NCBI GenBank assembly: GCA_945893075.1
Contig: CAMDDX010000001.1
Location: forward strand, 13,132-77,131
Source of the DNA: Planctomyces sp. SH-PL62
GTDB lineage: Bacteria; Planctomycetota; Planctomycetia; Planctomycetales; Planctomycetaceae
DNA: 64,000 bases
Direction of reading: 5' to 3'
Content: more notes on this DNA, generated by a model
Database searches by the model: none
The model's input: only the letters and a program-made list of their open reading frames with translations
Told to the model about the DNA's origin: nothing
The DNA itself: not shown here
Numbering within the stretch: the stretch's first letter is position 1

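Overview
High-GC window that looks planctomycetal (an inference from gene content). It has three parts. (1) 1-17.6 kb is ordinary chromosomal backbone: a 5'-partial polyprenyl synthase, vapBC, cysK, two tandem signal peptidase I genes, lptB, a split pnt transhydrogenase and a large CxxCH heme-binding protein. Long palindromic elements punctuate it, and one sits in frame inside a gene. (2) About 17.66-24.69 kb is a visibly more A/T-rich accessory island. It is bounded by a decayed tRNA-Ser(UGA) gene and a second 18-nt copy of the tRNA 3' end. It carries a three-gene operon of unknown function, two ribbon-helix-helix + HNH nuclease pairs (one partly re-duplicated, with the HNH body deleted), a pentapeptide-repeat-TIR fusion protein and nested repeat modules. 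No integrase is visible. (3) From 25501 to the window end (38.5 kb) forward frame 1 is one uninterrupted reading frame of at least 12,833 codons. The ORF track does not list it because it has no stop inside the window. All long minus-strand ORFs listed there are antisense shadows. This giant protein is highly modular: three pentapeptide beta-helix blocks alternate with a roughly 330-aa linker module, followed by a tandem array of a roughly 155-aa module, a roughly 3.1-kb super-repeat, a small roughly 70-aa domain family, an RTX Ca-binding block and a long beta-helix-like tail. All family assignments come from motifs read by eye. No database search was possible.
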